Positions 1 through 10,288 of a stretch of DNA of 64,000 nt are shown piece after piece. The notes under the pieces are model-generated. The model did no database searches and was not told the origin of the DNA. It saw only the letters and a list, made by a program, of their open reading frames with translations. Where the stretch lies: positions 1,248,001 to 1,312,000 of the forward strand of contig CAVPCR010000001.1 of the NCBI GenBank assembly GCA_963702435.1, given 5' to 3'. The stretch's first letter is position 1; each line of letters opens with the position of its first letter. Source of the stretch: Candidatus Eiseniibacteriota bacterium. Its GTDB lineage: Bacteria > Eisenbacteria > RBG-16-71-46 > CAVPCR01. Made by a program: the position numbers and the translations under genes.

Positions 1-698
1 CCATGCTCGCCTGGCCCCACTCCGGCTTCCATGTCCACAACGCCGTGCGGCTCGATGGGGAGGATCTCCGCGGCACCTTGCAGCTCGCTCGCTATGCGGC
101 CCGCGCTCCCGTCGCCCTCGCCCGCATCACCTACGACGCCACGAAGCAGCAGGTCCTCCTCGCCTCCGACAAGTCCGAAGGACCCACCGCCGGGACGCAT
201 GCCTTCGCTCCGCTCGACTTCCTCGCCCAGCTCCTCACCCACATCCCGCGCCAGGGCGAACACCTCGGGCGCTACTACGGCGCGTATGCGAGCCGCACCC
301 GCGGCACCTGGCGCCGGCAAGGGATCGGCCCCGGTGTCGAGCGGCAGCGGGGCGAGGGGGACCAAGAGGACGGGTCAGGGGGACCCGCACCGGATCCCCA
401 CGGTGGGCCCGACAACCACTCCCACGCGCCACCTCCTGACCCGCTGTCCCCGTCGCGGGCCGCGCTCAGGAAGCGCTGGGCGGAGCTCCTCCGCCGTATC
501 TACGAGGTCGATCCGCTGAGTTGCCCGCGGTGCGGGGGCGAGATGCGGATCATCGCCTTCCTCCTCGATCCACCGGTGATCGACGCCATCCTCCGCCACC
601 TCCGCCGCGCCTCCTATGACGCGCGGGCTGGACCGTGGGCTGACGTGGTCGGGGGGAAGGCGGCGGCGGGGGACGCCGGCCCCGCCGGCCGCGGATAG
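1..698 (+). mobile_element. IS91/ISCR-family (Y2 rolling-circle) transposase, 5'-truncated by the window edge
   Basis: Motifs HSGFHVH..L..YAARAP, FLAQLLTHIP, RYYGAY and C-terminal WAELLRRIYEVDPLSCPRCGGEMRIIAF are typical of IS91/ISCR transposases. Confidence 0.85.
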
Positions 699-930
699 GT
701 CGGCCGGCCGACGGCGCGTACCGGGGGCGCTGCTGATGAGCATCGGCAGCGCGCGGGGAGAGGTGCGCCCGGCCGCGAACGGACGTCGGTTCGCGCGACC
801 GCATCGCCGCGCGGTGGCCGTGGCCACCCCGCGCCAACACCCCGAAGTAACGCGCTACTGCCGGTTACGCCACGCCTCGGGCGCGCCGTCGCCGGCCGCC
901 CGCTCCATCTCGCCCCGCCGCTCCGCGCTT

Positions 931-968
931 CCTCCCGGCGCAGCGACGAAAGGAAACTCCTATCCCTT
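931..968 (+). mobile_element. oriIS-like right end of the IS91/ISCR element
   Basis: Ends ...GAAAGGAAACTCCTATCCCTT about 270 bp after the transposase stop, resembling ISCR oriIS termini (GAAC/TTTCCTATACCC). A 32/38-identical inverted copy lies at 8273-8310. Confidence 0.6.
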
Positions 969-996
969 ATCCCTATCCCTTCGAGACCCTGCGCCA

Positions 997-1764
997 CTAG
1001 GGCGCGGGCTTCTTCCCGACGGAGTACACGAGCGACCAGCGCAGCATGATCGCTGCCGAGACGCGCTCGACCGACAAGGTATCGTGGATGGCCGCGCGCA
1101 CCTCCTCGGTGCTCGCCTTCACCATCCCAAAGAGGCTCTGGCAGTAGCGAACCATCGCGTCCTCGGTCGGAAACACCCAGGAGAAGTCGCGAAGCTCTTC
1201 CCGGGTGTCGACGAAACCGGCCGCGCGCATCATGGCGGTGCTCTCGCCCGGTTCGAGGAACATTCCCCGGTGCCCGGTCTCGGTGAACCGATCGACCGGG
1301 CCGTTGAGGAACCGCGCCGGCGGAGTCCCTACCTGCACGTCGGCCATGGCGAAACAGCCGCCCGGGCGCAGCACCCGAAACGCTTCGCGCACGAAGGCCC
1401 CCTTGTCCGCCAGGTGGTGCAATCCGGCCAGGCTGCCGACTCGGTCCACGCTCGCCGTCGACAGCGGCAACGCGTCGAGCGGCGCGATGTGGTGCGTGTA
1501 AGCAGGGTGGATCGCCGCAGCGAACTTCGGGGACGGCTCCACGCAAACGATGCGAGCCGGCGAGTCCACGAGCGCGCGCAGTCCCTCGGCCAGGAAACCA
1601 CCCCCGGCGGGTGCGTCGCAGATGATGCTGGTTCGCTCGACGGCGAGATCCGCGATGATCAGCTGCCGCTCCGTGTCGCGCGCGCCCGGTGCGATGCTGG
1701 CCGCCGCGTTGTAGAGGTCGCCGCGCGTCTCGAACGTGTTGAGGTAGTCGTCGGGGGCGGTCAT
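997..1764 (-). CDS. Class I SAM-dependent methyltransferase
   Basis: ICDAPAGGG motif I and LHHLADK..FVREAFRVLRPGG post-motif. Start could extend to 1803. Confidence 0.8.
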   Translation of the reverse strand: MTAPDDYLNTFETRGDLYNAAASIAPGARDTERQLIIADLAVERTSIICDAPAGGGFLAEGLRALVDSPARIVCVEPSPKFAAAIHPAYTHHIAPLDALPLSTASVDRVGSLAGLHHLADKGAFVREAFRVLRPGGCFAMADVQVGTPPARFLNGPVDRFTETGHRGMFLEPGESTAMMRAAGFVDTREELRDFSWVFPTEDAMVRYCQSLFGMVKASTEEVRAAIHDTLSVERVSAAIMLRWSLVYSVGKKPAP

Positions 1765-2095
1765 GGTGGGTTTCCCGCCGCTGTAGATGCGATCAGCCGC
1801 CACTCACCGCAAGCCGGCAGTGCGGGATCTACCGCGGACACTGGACTCCCCGGAGGCGATCCCATGGCGAAGGGAGTCTCGGTTGCTCCATAGTAACACG
1901 CTCGGTGCGACCCACGCGAACTTCGTGAGCCGCCCGGCCGGTCGCCGGAGCGGAAGCGCGATCCCAGCCGGCCCCTTCATTTCGGCGCTCAGCATGGCGA
2001 TGGAAAGCACTATTCCATGGCGTCGCCGGACCGTCGCCCGGTGTCGACAGCCGACTGGTCTCCGCGAAGCGAGAGCGGCGGCGGGCGAGCGCCAG

Positions 2096-5000
2096 CTACG
2101 GGCGCGGTTCGCCCCGGTCGACCCGGACGCTCTCGGCCGCCGCCCTGGCGCCCGCCCCCCTCGAACTGCCCATGGCTTCCGCGGTCGCGCTCTGGCTGTC
2201 TGGCGCCGCGGCTGTCCGGTCCGAGGTGGGCTCGATCTCGCGCAGCGCCCAATCCACCGCGGCTTCGATGGCCAAGGACTGACCCTCGGCGAAGAGGCGG
2301 GCCGCTCGCTCCTCCCCGAGTCGGTGCCGCGCGCATTCCAGGATCTTCTGAGCCGTGGCTTCCTCGTCGGGCATGCGCGGCGTCTTGGCCGCCTCGCGGA
2401 TTGCGGCCGCTGAGCCATGGAGCTTGACCGCGTGGGCATCGTTGCCGAGTTCCGAGGAGAGGGCGCCGAGCCCCTCCAGGGCGGAAGCGACGCTGCTCAC
2501 ATCGCCCAGGGCAAGGAACATCGACGCCGCGTCGCAGAAGAGACGATGGGCTTCCCGGACACGCTTCTGCGCAAGGAGAACGACGGCAAGGTTGATCGTC
2601 GCAATGGCGACGTTTCGTCGATCGCCAAGGTCCTTCTGAATCTCGAGGCTTTCCTGGTAGTGGCGCGAGGCATCCTCGTGCTTCTCCAGGCGCATTTCGG
2701 CGGTTCCGAGCGCTATCAAGGCGTGCGCCGTCAGCTCCGCATGCCCCATCCGCCGGAGTCGCTCCACCGCCTCCTCAGCGTAGGCCCGACTTCGCTCGTA
2801 GTCCCGCTCGACCAGGGCGACGTTGCCCAGGCTGATCAGCACCCGGCAGATTCCATCGGCCTGATCCAGACCCCGGTAGATCTCGAGGCTCTCCGCGTAG
2901 TCTCGCGCCGCCGACGCGTAGTCCCCGGAAGTGTAGGCCACGTTGCCCAGGTTGAGTCGCGACGCAGCCATCCCGGCCGGATGATCGAGGGCCGTCCAGA
3001 CCCTGAGCGTCTCCTGCCAGTAGTGCAGCGACTCCTCCAGGCGTCCATGGTGGATGGCGACCGCGCCGAGGCAGTTCAAGACTTTCGCGGTGTCCGCGCT
3101 GGGCGCAAGGGCGTTGGCACGAAGCAGAACCTCTCGACACAATGTATCGGCTTCGGTCCAGTGGCCCCGCAGGAACCAGTAGCGAAAGAGCGAGCCGGCC
3201 AGGCGCAGGCCGAGAGCCGGGTCGGCGCCGGGTTCGCGACAGCTCTCGAAGGCGCGGCGGATTTCGTCGTGCTCCGCGGCGATGCGGGAGTACCAGCGCG
3301 CCTGTTCCTTCCCGGTGAACTCCGGCTCCGCCCGAGCGACGAGCGAGATGAAGTAGTCGAGATGGCGCCGGCGGATCTCCGCCGCCTCGCCTCCTGCCGC
3401 CAGGCGCTCCCCCGCGTAGGCCCTTACGGTCTCGAGCATCCGGAATCGGGTCGTTCCTGCGGAGGACTCGAGGTCCGCCACGATGAGGGACTTGTCCACC
3501 AAGCGCGAAAGGAGATCGAGGATGTCCCAGTCATTCACCGCTTCGCCCGAGGCCACCGCTTCCGCCGCCTCGAGCGTCCAGCTCCCGGCGAAGACCGAGA
3601 GGCGCTTGAGGAGAATCTGCTCGGCGGGTTCGAGCTGCTCGTAGCTCCAATCGATCAGAGCGCGCAGTGTCCGGTGATGCGGAAGGTCTCCCCGCGCGCC
3701 TCCGGTCAGCAGGCGAAACCGGTCGTCCATCCGGTGGAGGATGTCCTCGATCCCCATCACCTTCAGTCGCGAGGCCGCCAGCTCGATGGCCAAGGGGATC
3801 CCGTCGAGTCGGCGGCAGATCTCGACGATGGTCGGCGCACTGGACTCGTTCAGCTCGACCGAAGCGCCCGCCTGACGAGCCCGTTGCAGGAACAGCTCGA
3901 TGGCCGCGCACTGCGCCACAGCGGTGACCTGGAGAGGGCCCGATCGATCCGGCAGATCCAGGAGCGGAACCGCGTAGCAGCTCTCGCCATCCACCGCCAG
4001 GCGCTCCCGGCTGGTGACCAGGACGCGCAGGCCGGGCACGTCGCGCAGGAGGGCGCTCACGATCCTGGCGGTTCCGTCGATCAGATGCTCGCAGTTGTCG
4101 AGGATGAGGAGGCTCTCCTTCGACGCGAGGTGCCCGGCGATCGTCTGGAGTGCCGGACGATCCAGCGACTCGGGAATGCCGATCGTGTCGACGATGGTCC
4201 CCGCGATGTCCCGCGGACTCGAGAGCGGCGCGAGCTCCACGAACCAGATGCCGTCGAAGGGAGGCCCCAGCAGTGTCTCCGCCACCCTGAGGGCGAGCCG
4301 CGTCTTGCCAGCGCCGCCGATGCCGGTCAGGGTCACCAGACGGTGCTCCGCGAGCCGCCGGCTCACCTCTGCCATCTCCCTGGTCCGGCCGATGAAGGTT
4401 GAACCGTGCCGGGGAAGATTGTTCGGGGTCGACCCTCGATCCTCGATCGGGGCCGCGCGACCGGACTGGAAGGCGAGTTCCGCCAGCATCTCCTCGATGA
4501 TCTGCCGCGGCTCCCTCATCGAGGGGTAGCGATCCCCGGTGCTGCGGGCGAGGCACCGCTCGACCATCCCGCGAATCTGTGCGGGAAACTCGCCCAAGCG
4601 CTTGGTGTCGGGGCCCGCGGTCGAGGTCTCCCTGATCCGATCGAGGGCGGAATCTCCGCCGATGGCGCGCACCCCGGTCAGGCACTCGAACAGAACGCAT
4701 CCGAAGGACCAGACATCCATCCGGGGATCGGAGGCTGCGCGCTCGATCTGCTCAGGGCTCATGTAGCCGGGCGTTCCGGATATCTCGTCGGAGTCCTCCG
4801 CCGCGCCAACGGCGGATCCGGAGGAGGAGCCCTCGACAGAGGCCCGCGCGGCCAGGCCGAAGTCGAGCACCTTCACATCGAGGTCGGAGGTGAACATGAT
4901 GTTGCCCGGCTTCAGGTCCCGGTGAACGATCCCGCGGCTGTGAGCGCTCTCGAGCGCCCGGGCGATCTGACGCCCAACGCGCAAGGACTCATGCAGGCTC

Positions 5001-5461
5001 ATGGGCCCCCGGGAGAGTCGCGCGGCCAAGGTCTCCCCGTCGATGGCCTCCATGGTGAGAAAGCAGATTCCATCGGCCTCTTCCAGGGAGTGAATCGTCG
5101 CGATGTTGGGATGAACGAGGGAGGCCAGAGTTCGTGCCTCCTGGCGGAACTGCTCGAGACGGATGGGATCGTGCGCCAGGGTGTCCGGAAGCTGCTTGAG
5201 GGCGACGGCGCGACCCAGGGTCGGGTCTTCCGCCAGGTAGACCAAGCCCATGCCGCCCCGACCAAGCTCGCGGATGATCGGGTAGCGGCCGACTCGGCTG
5301 CGGGCGAGATCGCCGGCGCCCGGCGGAGCTGGCGCCGAGTGGGGAGCTCGGACGGGCGACACGACCGTGTCATCTTGCAGCGTCCGGTCCCCTGCGGGTG
5401 ACGGCAGCTCTTCGCCGTGGCCGATCCGTTCGGCGGGCTCGAGGGGCTCGGCCGGCGTCAT
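2096..5461 (-). CDS. Ser/Thr protein kinase - P-loop (STAND/NB-ARC-like) ATPase - TPR protein
   Basis: Kinase motifs LGRGGMG, HRDLKPGN, DFG and GTPGYMSPEQ. Walker A GIGGAGKT, Walker B LLILDNCEH, GIPLAIELAA, and C-terminal TPR repeats. Confidence 0.9.
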   Translation of the reverse strand: MTPAEPLEPAERIGHGEELPSPAGDRTLQDDTVVSPVRAPHSAPAPPGAGDLARSRVGRYPIIRELGRGGMGLVYLAEDPTLGRAVALKQLPDTLAHDPIRLEQFRQEARTLASLVHPNIATIHSLEEADGICFLTMEAIDGETLAARLSRGPMSLHESLRVGRQIARALESAHSRGIVHRDLKPGNIMFTSDLDVKVLDFGLAARASVEGSSSGSAVGAAEDSDEISGTPGYMSPEQIERAASDPRMDVWSFGCVLFECLTGVRAIGGDSALDRIRETSTAGPDTKRLGEFPAQIRGMVERCLARSTGDRYPSMREPRQIIEEMLAELAFQSGRAAPIEDRGSTPNNLPRHGSTFIGRTREMAEVSRRLAEHRLVTLTGIGGAGKTRLALRVAETLLGPPFDGIWFVELAPLSSPRDIAGTIVDTIGIPESLDRPALQTIAGHLASKESLLILDNCEHLIDGTARIVSALLRDVPGLRVLVTSRERLAVDGESCYAVPLLDLPDRSGPLQVTAVAQCAAIELFLQRARQAGASVELNESSAPTIVEICRRLDGIPLAIELAASRLKVMGIEDILHRMDDRFRLLTGGARGDLPHHRTLRALIDWSYEQLEPAEQILLKRLSVFAGSWTLEAAEAVASGEAVNDWDILDLLSRLVDKSLIVADLESSAGTTRFRMLETVRAYAGERLAAGGEAAEIRRRHLDYFISLVARAEPEFTGKEQARWYSRIAAEHDEIRRAFESCREPGADPALGLRLAGSLFRYWFLRGHWTEADTLCREVLLRANALAPSADTAKVLNCLGAVAIHHGRLEESLHYWQETLRVWTALDHPAGMAASRLNLGNVAYTSGDYASAARDYAESLEIYRGLDQADGICRVLISLGNVALVERDYERSRAYAEEAVERLRRMGHAELTAHALIALGTAEMRLEKHEDASRHYQESLEIQKDLGDRRNVAIATINLAVVLLAQKRVREAHRLFCDAASMFLALGDVSSVASALEGLGALSSELGNDAHAVKLHGSAAAIREAAKTPRMPDEEATAQKILECARHRLGEERAARLFAEGQSLAIEAAVDWALREIEPTSDRTAAAPDSQSATAEAMGSSRGAGARAAAESVRVDRGEPRP

Positions 5462-5670
5462 CGAGGACCGGGAAGCGGCGTTTGTTCGTTTGAATGGCGC
5501 ATCGAGAGAGGATATCAGATGGAGGAGATGACCCTTACGGAGTTTCCTTCCAGTCTCGAGTGCTCCTCTGCATTTCGTCGGCGGGTTCTCAGGCCACCGA
5601 CAGGTCCACCGGTGGACGAGACGTTGGTCGAGGTTGCGGAAGTCAGTGTTGAAGGGTCAACATCAACAAG

Positions 5671-5715
5671 GTGATGCACCTCGACGCGATCGACGGCGGG
5701 GTCACCGTGCGCTGA
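5671..5715 (+). repeat. 45-bp direct repeat, copy 1
   Basis: GTGATGCACCTCGACGCGATCGACGGCGGGGTCACCGTGCGCTGA, 43/45 identical to 8229-8273. Confidence 0.9.
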
Positions 5716-5881
5716 GCGCGCCGCGGTTCGCCACGTGCCGGCTGCGCGCGTCACCCACCGCAAGGCGCTCATTGACGCCTTCCTGGCGCAGCAGTAGAAT
5801 CTTGCTGCATCCCGTCCGTCCCGGCACCGGCCGGCGGCGCGCCGGGCTCGGATGGCGCCGCCGCGAAAGGGGAGGTGCCTC

Positions 5882-8179
5882 ATGCAACGCGCGACCCTCC
5901 GGCCCGCCCTCTTCGCAATTGTCCTGCTCGCCCTCCGGCCCGCCTCTGCTTCCGCCACCGACTGCGCCGATTACGGCGCCGGCTTCGAATGGATTGGCGC
6001 CGACTACGGCGTGGGTTATGCGCACGATGTCGCGATCGCGGGCTCGCTCGCCCTCGTCGCCAGCGGGACTCGCGGCCTCGTGCTCATCGACATCGCTGAC
6101 CCGCGCGCGCCGGTGAACCTCGGATTCCTGGAAACACCCGGCTGGGCCCGGGGAGTAGCGGTCGCGGGGGATCACGCTTACGTCGCCGACGAGCACTCTG
6201 GACTCGAGGTCATCGACATTACGGACCCGACCTCGCCATGGATCGAGGGCACCCTGGATACCCCGGGGCAAGCCCTCGAGGTGGCCTTCGCCGGAAACCT
6301 GGCCTTCGTCGCCGACGGCAGCGCCGGACTCGAGATCATCGACGTCTCCCAGCCGACCGCACCGGTGCTCGTCGCGACCTTCCAGACGTTCGGGAGCGCG
6401 CGTGGCGTGGCGATCGTGGATCATCAGGCCTATGTCGCCGAGCGCGCCGTCCTTCCCCCCAACCCGCCCTTCGGCCTCCTCGAGGTGATCGATGTGAGCG
6501 ACCCCGCTTCGCCCCTGCTCGTGGGCATCGCCCTCTCGACGGCCGAGCTCGCGGCCATCGCGGTGGCGAGCCCGTTCGCCTATCTGGCCGGCGGAGACTC
6601 AGGTGGCCTCGAGGTCGTGGACGTCACGGACCCGGCGGCGCCGGTCGTGGTCGGGCGCGTCGCGACGCGCGGGCATGCCGCCGACGTCGCGGTCGCCGGC
6701 ACGCGCGCCTACGTGGCCAATGGGGGACACGGCGTGGATTCCGCGCTCCAGGTGGTCGATGTCACCGATCCCACGTCGCCCGCAACGCTCGGCTTCGTGC
6801 AGATCCCTTCGTACCTGGATGGCGTGGCGGTGGCCGGAGATCTCGCCTGCACGGTGGCCATGGGTGACGGCGGGTTCCAGGTCATCGACGTCACTGGATC
6901 GAACGCGGTGTCCGTCGTCGCGCAGATCAACACGCCACCCGAGGCCCGGGGCATCGCCGTGGCCGGCGGCCTCGCGTACGTCACCTACGGCGACTTCTTC
7001 AACAGGGGGTTCCTGGTTGCCGATCCCTCCCTGCCCTCTCCCGTTCTCGGTAGCGTGGGGACAATGGGGATCGGTCACGATGTCGTGCTCGCCGGCAACC
7101 ACGCTTGCGTGGCCCTCGGCAGCAACACCGACTCGGGAAACATCCGCGGCTTCGCAGTGATCGATGTCACCGATCCGCGCGCGCCGCAGGTCGTGGGTGC
7201 CCTCCAGAGCTCGACGGAAGTGCTCGGTGTGGACGTGGCCGGAGGCTACGCCTACCTGGCGACCGGGAAGCTCATCGATGAGTACGGCGAGTCAGGGCTC
7301 GAGATCGTGCGCGTCGCCAATCCGAATCAGCCGGTGCGCGTGGCGCGGATCGCCCTGCCGCCGGAGGCTCGCGACGTGGCCGTGGCGGGGACGCATGCCC
7401 TCGTCGCCGCGCGGCAAGGCGGCCTGGTGGTCGTCGACGTCGCGGTGCCGTCAGCCCCGGTCATCGTCGCCGAGCTCCCCACCCCCGGTGCGGCCCAGAC
7501 CCTCGCGGTGTCCGGGGACTACGCTTACATCGCAGCGAGCGATGCCGGACTCCTGGTCATCGACATCGCGGATGCAGCGGCGCCGTCGATCGTGGCGAGC
7601 GCGCGCGTACCGGGCGCGGCGGCGGGAGTCGCCCTGGCCGGCTCGCTGGCTTACATCTCGCACGGCGACCGCTACTACTTCTCGAACGTCGCGGTGGTGG
7701 ACGTCTCTGATCCGCTGGCGCCGCGGCTCCTCGGAACCGCGGGCACGAGCGGTCAGGTCGCGCGCCTGGCTGTGGGCGCGGACTTCGTGGCCGCGGCGGC
7801 CGGCCGCGGCGGCCTCGAGCTCCTGCCGATCCAGTGTCCGCCGGTGGCGGGGGTGCCCGCCCCCGATGCGCCGGCGCTGGCGCCGACGCCGGCCATCCGG
7901 CTGGCCTGGGCGGAGCCGAACCCGCACTCCTCGATGTCGGCGGCCGGTGTGCGCATCCGCTTCGAGCTCGCGCGCCCGGCCAGCGCTCGCGTCGATGTGT
8001 TCGACACCCAAGGACGACTCGTCCGCCGGCTCCTCGCGGCGCCACTCGCGGCGGGTGCGCACGCCGTCACCTGGGACGGGCGGAGCGAGGCGGGCGGAAC
8101 CATCGGCCCCGGCGTCTACTTCTACCGGCTCGATGCGGACGGCTCTCTGGCGGCGCGGAAGCTCGTGGTCACGCCCTAG
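5882..8179 (+). CDS. Secreted LVIVD-repeat (beta-propeller) protein with C-terminal FlgD-Ig domain
   Basis: GGAGG RBS, signal peptide, many A.GVAVAG..AYVA....GL.V(I/V)DVSDP..P repeats, and tail EPNP...VFDTQGRLVR...WDG...GVYFYRL. Confidence 0.9.
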   Translation: MQRATLRPALFAIVLLALRPASASATDCADYGAGFEWIGADYGVGYAHDVAIAGSLALVASGTRGLVLIDIADPRAPVNLGFLETPGWARGVAVAGDHAYVADEHSGLEVIDITDPTSPWIEGTLDTPGQALEVAFAGNLAFVADGSAGLEIIDVSQPTAPVLVATFQTFGSARGVAIVDHQAYVAERAVLPPNPPFGLLEVIDVSDPASPLLVGIALSTAELAAIAVASPFAYLAGGDSGGLEVVDVTDPAAPVVVGRVATRGHAADVAVAGTRAYVANGGHGVDSALQVVDVTDPTSPATLGFVQIPSYLDGVAVAGDLACTVAMGDGGFQVIDVTGSNAVSVVAQINTPPEARGIAVAGGLAYVTYGDFFNRGFLVADPSLPSPVLGSVGTMGIGHDVVLAGNHACVALGSNTDSGNIRGFAVIDVTDPRAPQVVGALQSSTEVLGVDVAGGYAYLATGKLIDEYGESGLEIVRVANPNQPVRVARIALPPEARDVAVAGTHALVAARQGGLVVVDVAVPSAPVIVAELPTPGAAQTLAVSGDYAYIAASDAGLLVIDIADAAAPSIVASARVPGAAAGVALAGSLAYISHGDRYYFSNVAVVDVSDPLAPRLLGTAGTSGQVARLAVGADFVAAAAGRGGLELLPIQCPPVAGVPAPDAPALAPTPAIRLAWAEPNPHSSMSAAGVRIRFELARPASARVDVFDTQGRLVRRLLAAPLAAGAHAVTWDGRSEAGGTIGPGVYFYRLDADGSLAARKLVVTP

Positions 8180-8228
8180 CCTTAGCCTGGGTGGCGGCAG
8201 TGAGTCGCGCTATGGCTTCATAAACGTC

Positions 8229-8273
8229 GTGATGCACCTCGACGCGGGCGACGGCGGGGTCACCGTGCGCTGA
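8229..8273 (+). repeat. 45-bp direct repeat, copy 2
   Basis: 43/45 identical to 5671-5715 and directly abuts the orphan IS end. Confidence 0.9.
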
Positions 8274-8310
8274 AGGGATAGGGATTCCCTTTCGTTGCGG
8301 CGCCGGAAGG
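8273..8310 (-). mobile_element. Orphan oriIS-like end of an IS91/ISCR-family element
   Basis: Reverse complement CCTTCCGGCGCCGCAACGAAAGGGAATCCCTATCCCTT is 32/38 identical to 931-968. No transposase is adjacent. Confidence 0.6.
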
Positions 8311-8334
8311 AGGCGGAGACTGGGGAGCGAAGCG

Positions 8335-9000
8335 GCGCTGCCGGCCGGCCGCCTGCGTGCCGTCGACCAGGACGGCGCACTGCCGCCCGGTCACGTCATA
8401 GATGGCGAGCCACACGCGCCCCGGGAGCGGCAGGACGTAGCTGATGTCGGTCGAGTGGACGAAGGGGTTCGGCGCGGCCGCCTGGATCCGGAGCACGGCG
8501 CCGGGGCGCCGATTCTGCCACCTCGACGCCGGTCGTCGCGGGACCGGTGCGGAGGTCGGTCTCCGCGCGGTTATTGCCCGGCAGCGCGAGCCAGGGCGTC
8601 CACGGGACGAACGGAGAGATCGAGAGGATACGCAGCGCCGGTGATAGGGCGCATCGCTCGCGAGACCGCTCCCGAGCTCGTTGATCGGCACCGCGCTGCC
8701 GATCCCCGCGATCGGCGCGCCCGTGTCGAACACGGCACCGGTCACGAGCCCCAATCCGTCGAAGGGGATGTCGAGCGGCTTCACCTCCCACTGGAGGCGG
8801 ACCCGGAGTCGGATCGGCCGAGGACGGCGATCGGCGCCGAGTCGTCGCTCCGAGATTGCCGCGGGATGCGGTCGAGCCCGCCGCCTCCGTTGCCGTTGTA
8901 GACCCAGACATAGCCCTCATCGGTCTGCCCGTTCGTGAACCAGGGCGCGGCGACGACGACATCGGAGCACCCGTCCCCGTTCACGTCCCCTGTACTGGAC
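8335..9000 (-). pseudogene. Fragmented FG-GAP-repeat protein with FlgD-Ig tail
   Basis: Pieces lie in different frames: TGDVNGDGCSDVVVAAPWF..DEGYVWVY (FG-GAP), EVKPLDIPFDG..., and APNPF..TDISYVLP....LAIYDVTGR, which is cut off at the IS end. Confidence 0.7.
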
Positions 9001-9218
9001 CCCCGATTTCGGGCGCCGCTGCCGCGCCGCGCAGTCGATTGTCGACGTTGAACGACCGGAACGACCAGCGGGCATCCCATCCGGCGATCGGGTCTCCCCA
9101 GGACCGAATGCCAGTCCCGGGGAGACCGCCCGCCTGACTGCGCGCCAGGCGGGCTCCGCCCGATCTCCCGTCCTCTTCCCGTGCGACCACGGTCATCCAG
9201 AGCCCGGCCGTCCGCCGG

Positions 9219-10064
9219 TCAGCCGGCCGGCACCCAGTCCACCTCCATGTCTTCGCCGCAGCCCGTGAACCGCACGCTCACATAGCCGGGTGCGGCCCCC
9301 GACGTGACCTGGAAGCGGACCTCGCCGGCCACGGGGAACGGAGACTGGCAGTCCGTGTCGATCTCGATCGGCGCGGCGGTCGAGACGTCCATCGCGACCG
9401 TGACCCCCTCCTGCACCCAGACGAAGGTGCCGGCGAGCTCGATCTGCCCCGAGGGCAGCGGGACTCCGACTCCTAAGATTACGCTCGATCCCGGCTCCGG
9501 AGTGAAGGTGGCGGTCCAGCGTTCGGTCGCTGCGCAGGCGGGGTTTCCGGTCGTCGCGAACGCAAGCTGGATGTCCTCGACCATGGTGAGGCTGTCCGGG
9601 GCGCCGCTCACCGCGCGGGGTCCGGAAACGCCCAGGGTCTCGGTCGAGGGCGGGTCGCCGGAGGTCAGCGCGTAGGTCATGGCATGGAGCGCGCTGAACC
9701 CGAACGCGGATCCCGGATCTGTCACGTCGATCGTCCCCATGCTCGTCCCCGATCCGCCGCTGAAGACGAAGGTGCAGCCGGTCTCGTCGAAGGCGAACCG
9801 GGCCGTGTCGGGAACGCCATCCGAGTCGGAGTCAGCGAACGGCGACGGTGCGATCGTCACGCAGCCTGGGGGCCCGCTCGGAAGCCGGAAGCAGTTGATC
9901 AGACCTCCCAGTTCGGTGGTGAGTGCCGGTCCGAGCTGGGACATGATGTCGACGTCGCCGTCCGGACCGGTGACGTCGTCGTCGCTGCTGCAAGAGAACA
10001 AGGCGAGGGCAATGCAGACGGACAGGACTGCGGCGACTGCGGTCGCCGCGCGACGCGATGCCAT
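9219..10064 (-). CDS. Hypothetical lipoprotein
   Basis: GAGGAGG RBS, hydrophobic N-terminus with lipobox-like LFSC, and an acidic beta-rich mature region. Confidence 0.7.
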   Translation of the reverse strand: MASRRAATAVAAVLSVCIALALFSCSSDDDVTGPDGDVDIMSQLGPALTTELGGLINCFRLPSGPPGCVTIAPSPFADSDSDGVPDTARFAFDETGCTFVFSGGSGTSMGTIDVTDPGSAFGFSALHAMTYALTSGDPPSTETLGVSGPRAVSGAPDSLTMVEDIQLAFATTGNPACAATERWTATFTPEPGSSVILGVGVPLPSGQIELAGTFVWVQEGVTVAMDVSTAAPIEIDTDCQSPFPVAGEVRFQVTSGAAPGYVSVRFTGCGEDMEVDWVPAG

Positions 10065-10288
10065 GGCCGACCTCCTCGGCGCTCGAGCGGCGACGCGGCA
10101 CGGCTGCGTTCCCCGACGCAGGACATACCGCAGCGCCGGATCGAGCGGATCAGCTGAGCCTGGGGTGCCGGGCGCGGGTCTCCTTGCAAAGCCTGCTCCC
10201 GGCCGGATGCATCATACACCTCCCGCGAGCCGGCGAACTCGGGGGGAGTCCTCCTCGTCTCTCGCGAGGGCCGGGCGCGCGTGTACGC

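Noticed and set aside
1800..1900. SAM/SAH riboswitch upstream of the methyltransferase
   Set aside because: Only a GACTCCC/GGGAGTC stem is present. Conserved riboswitch core motifs are absent.
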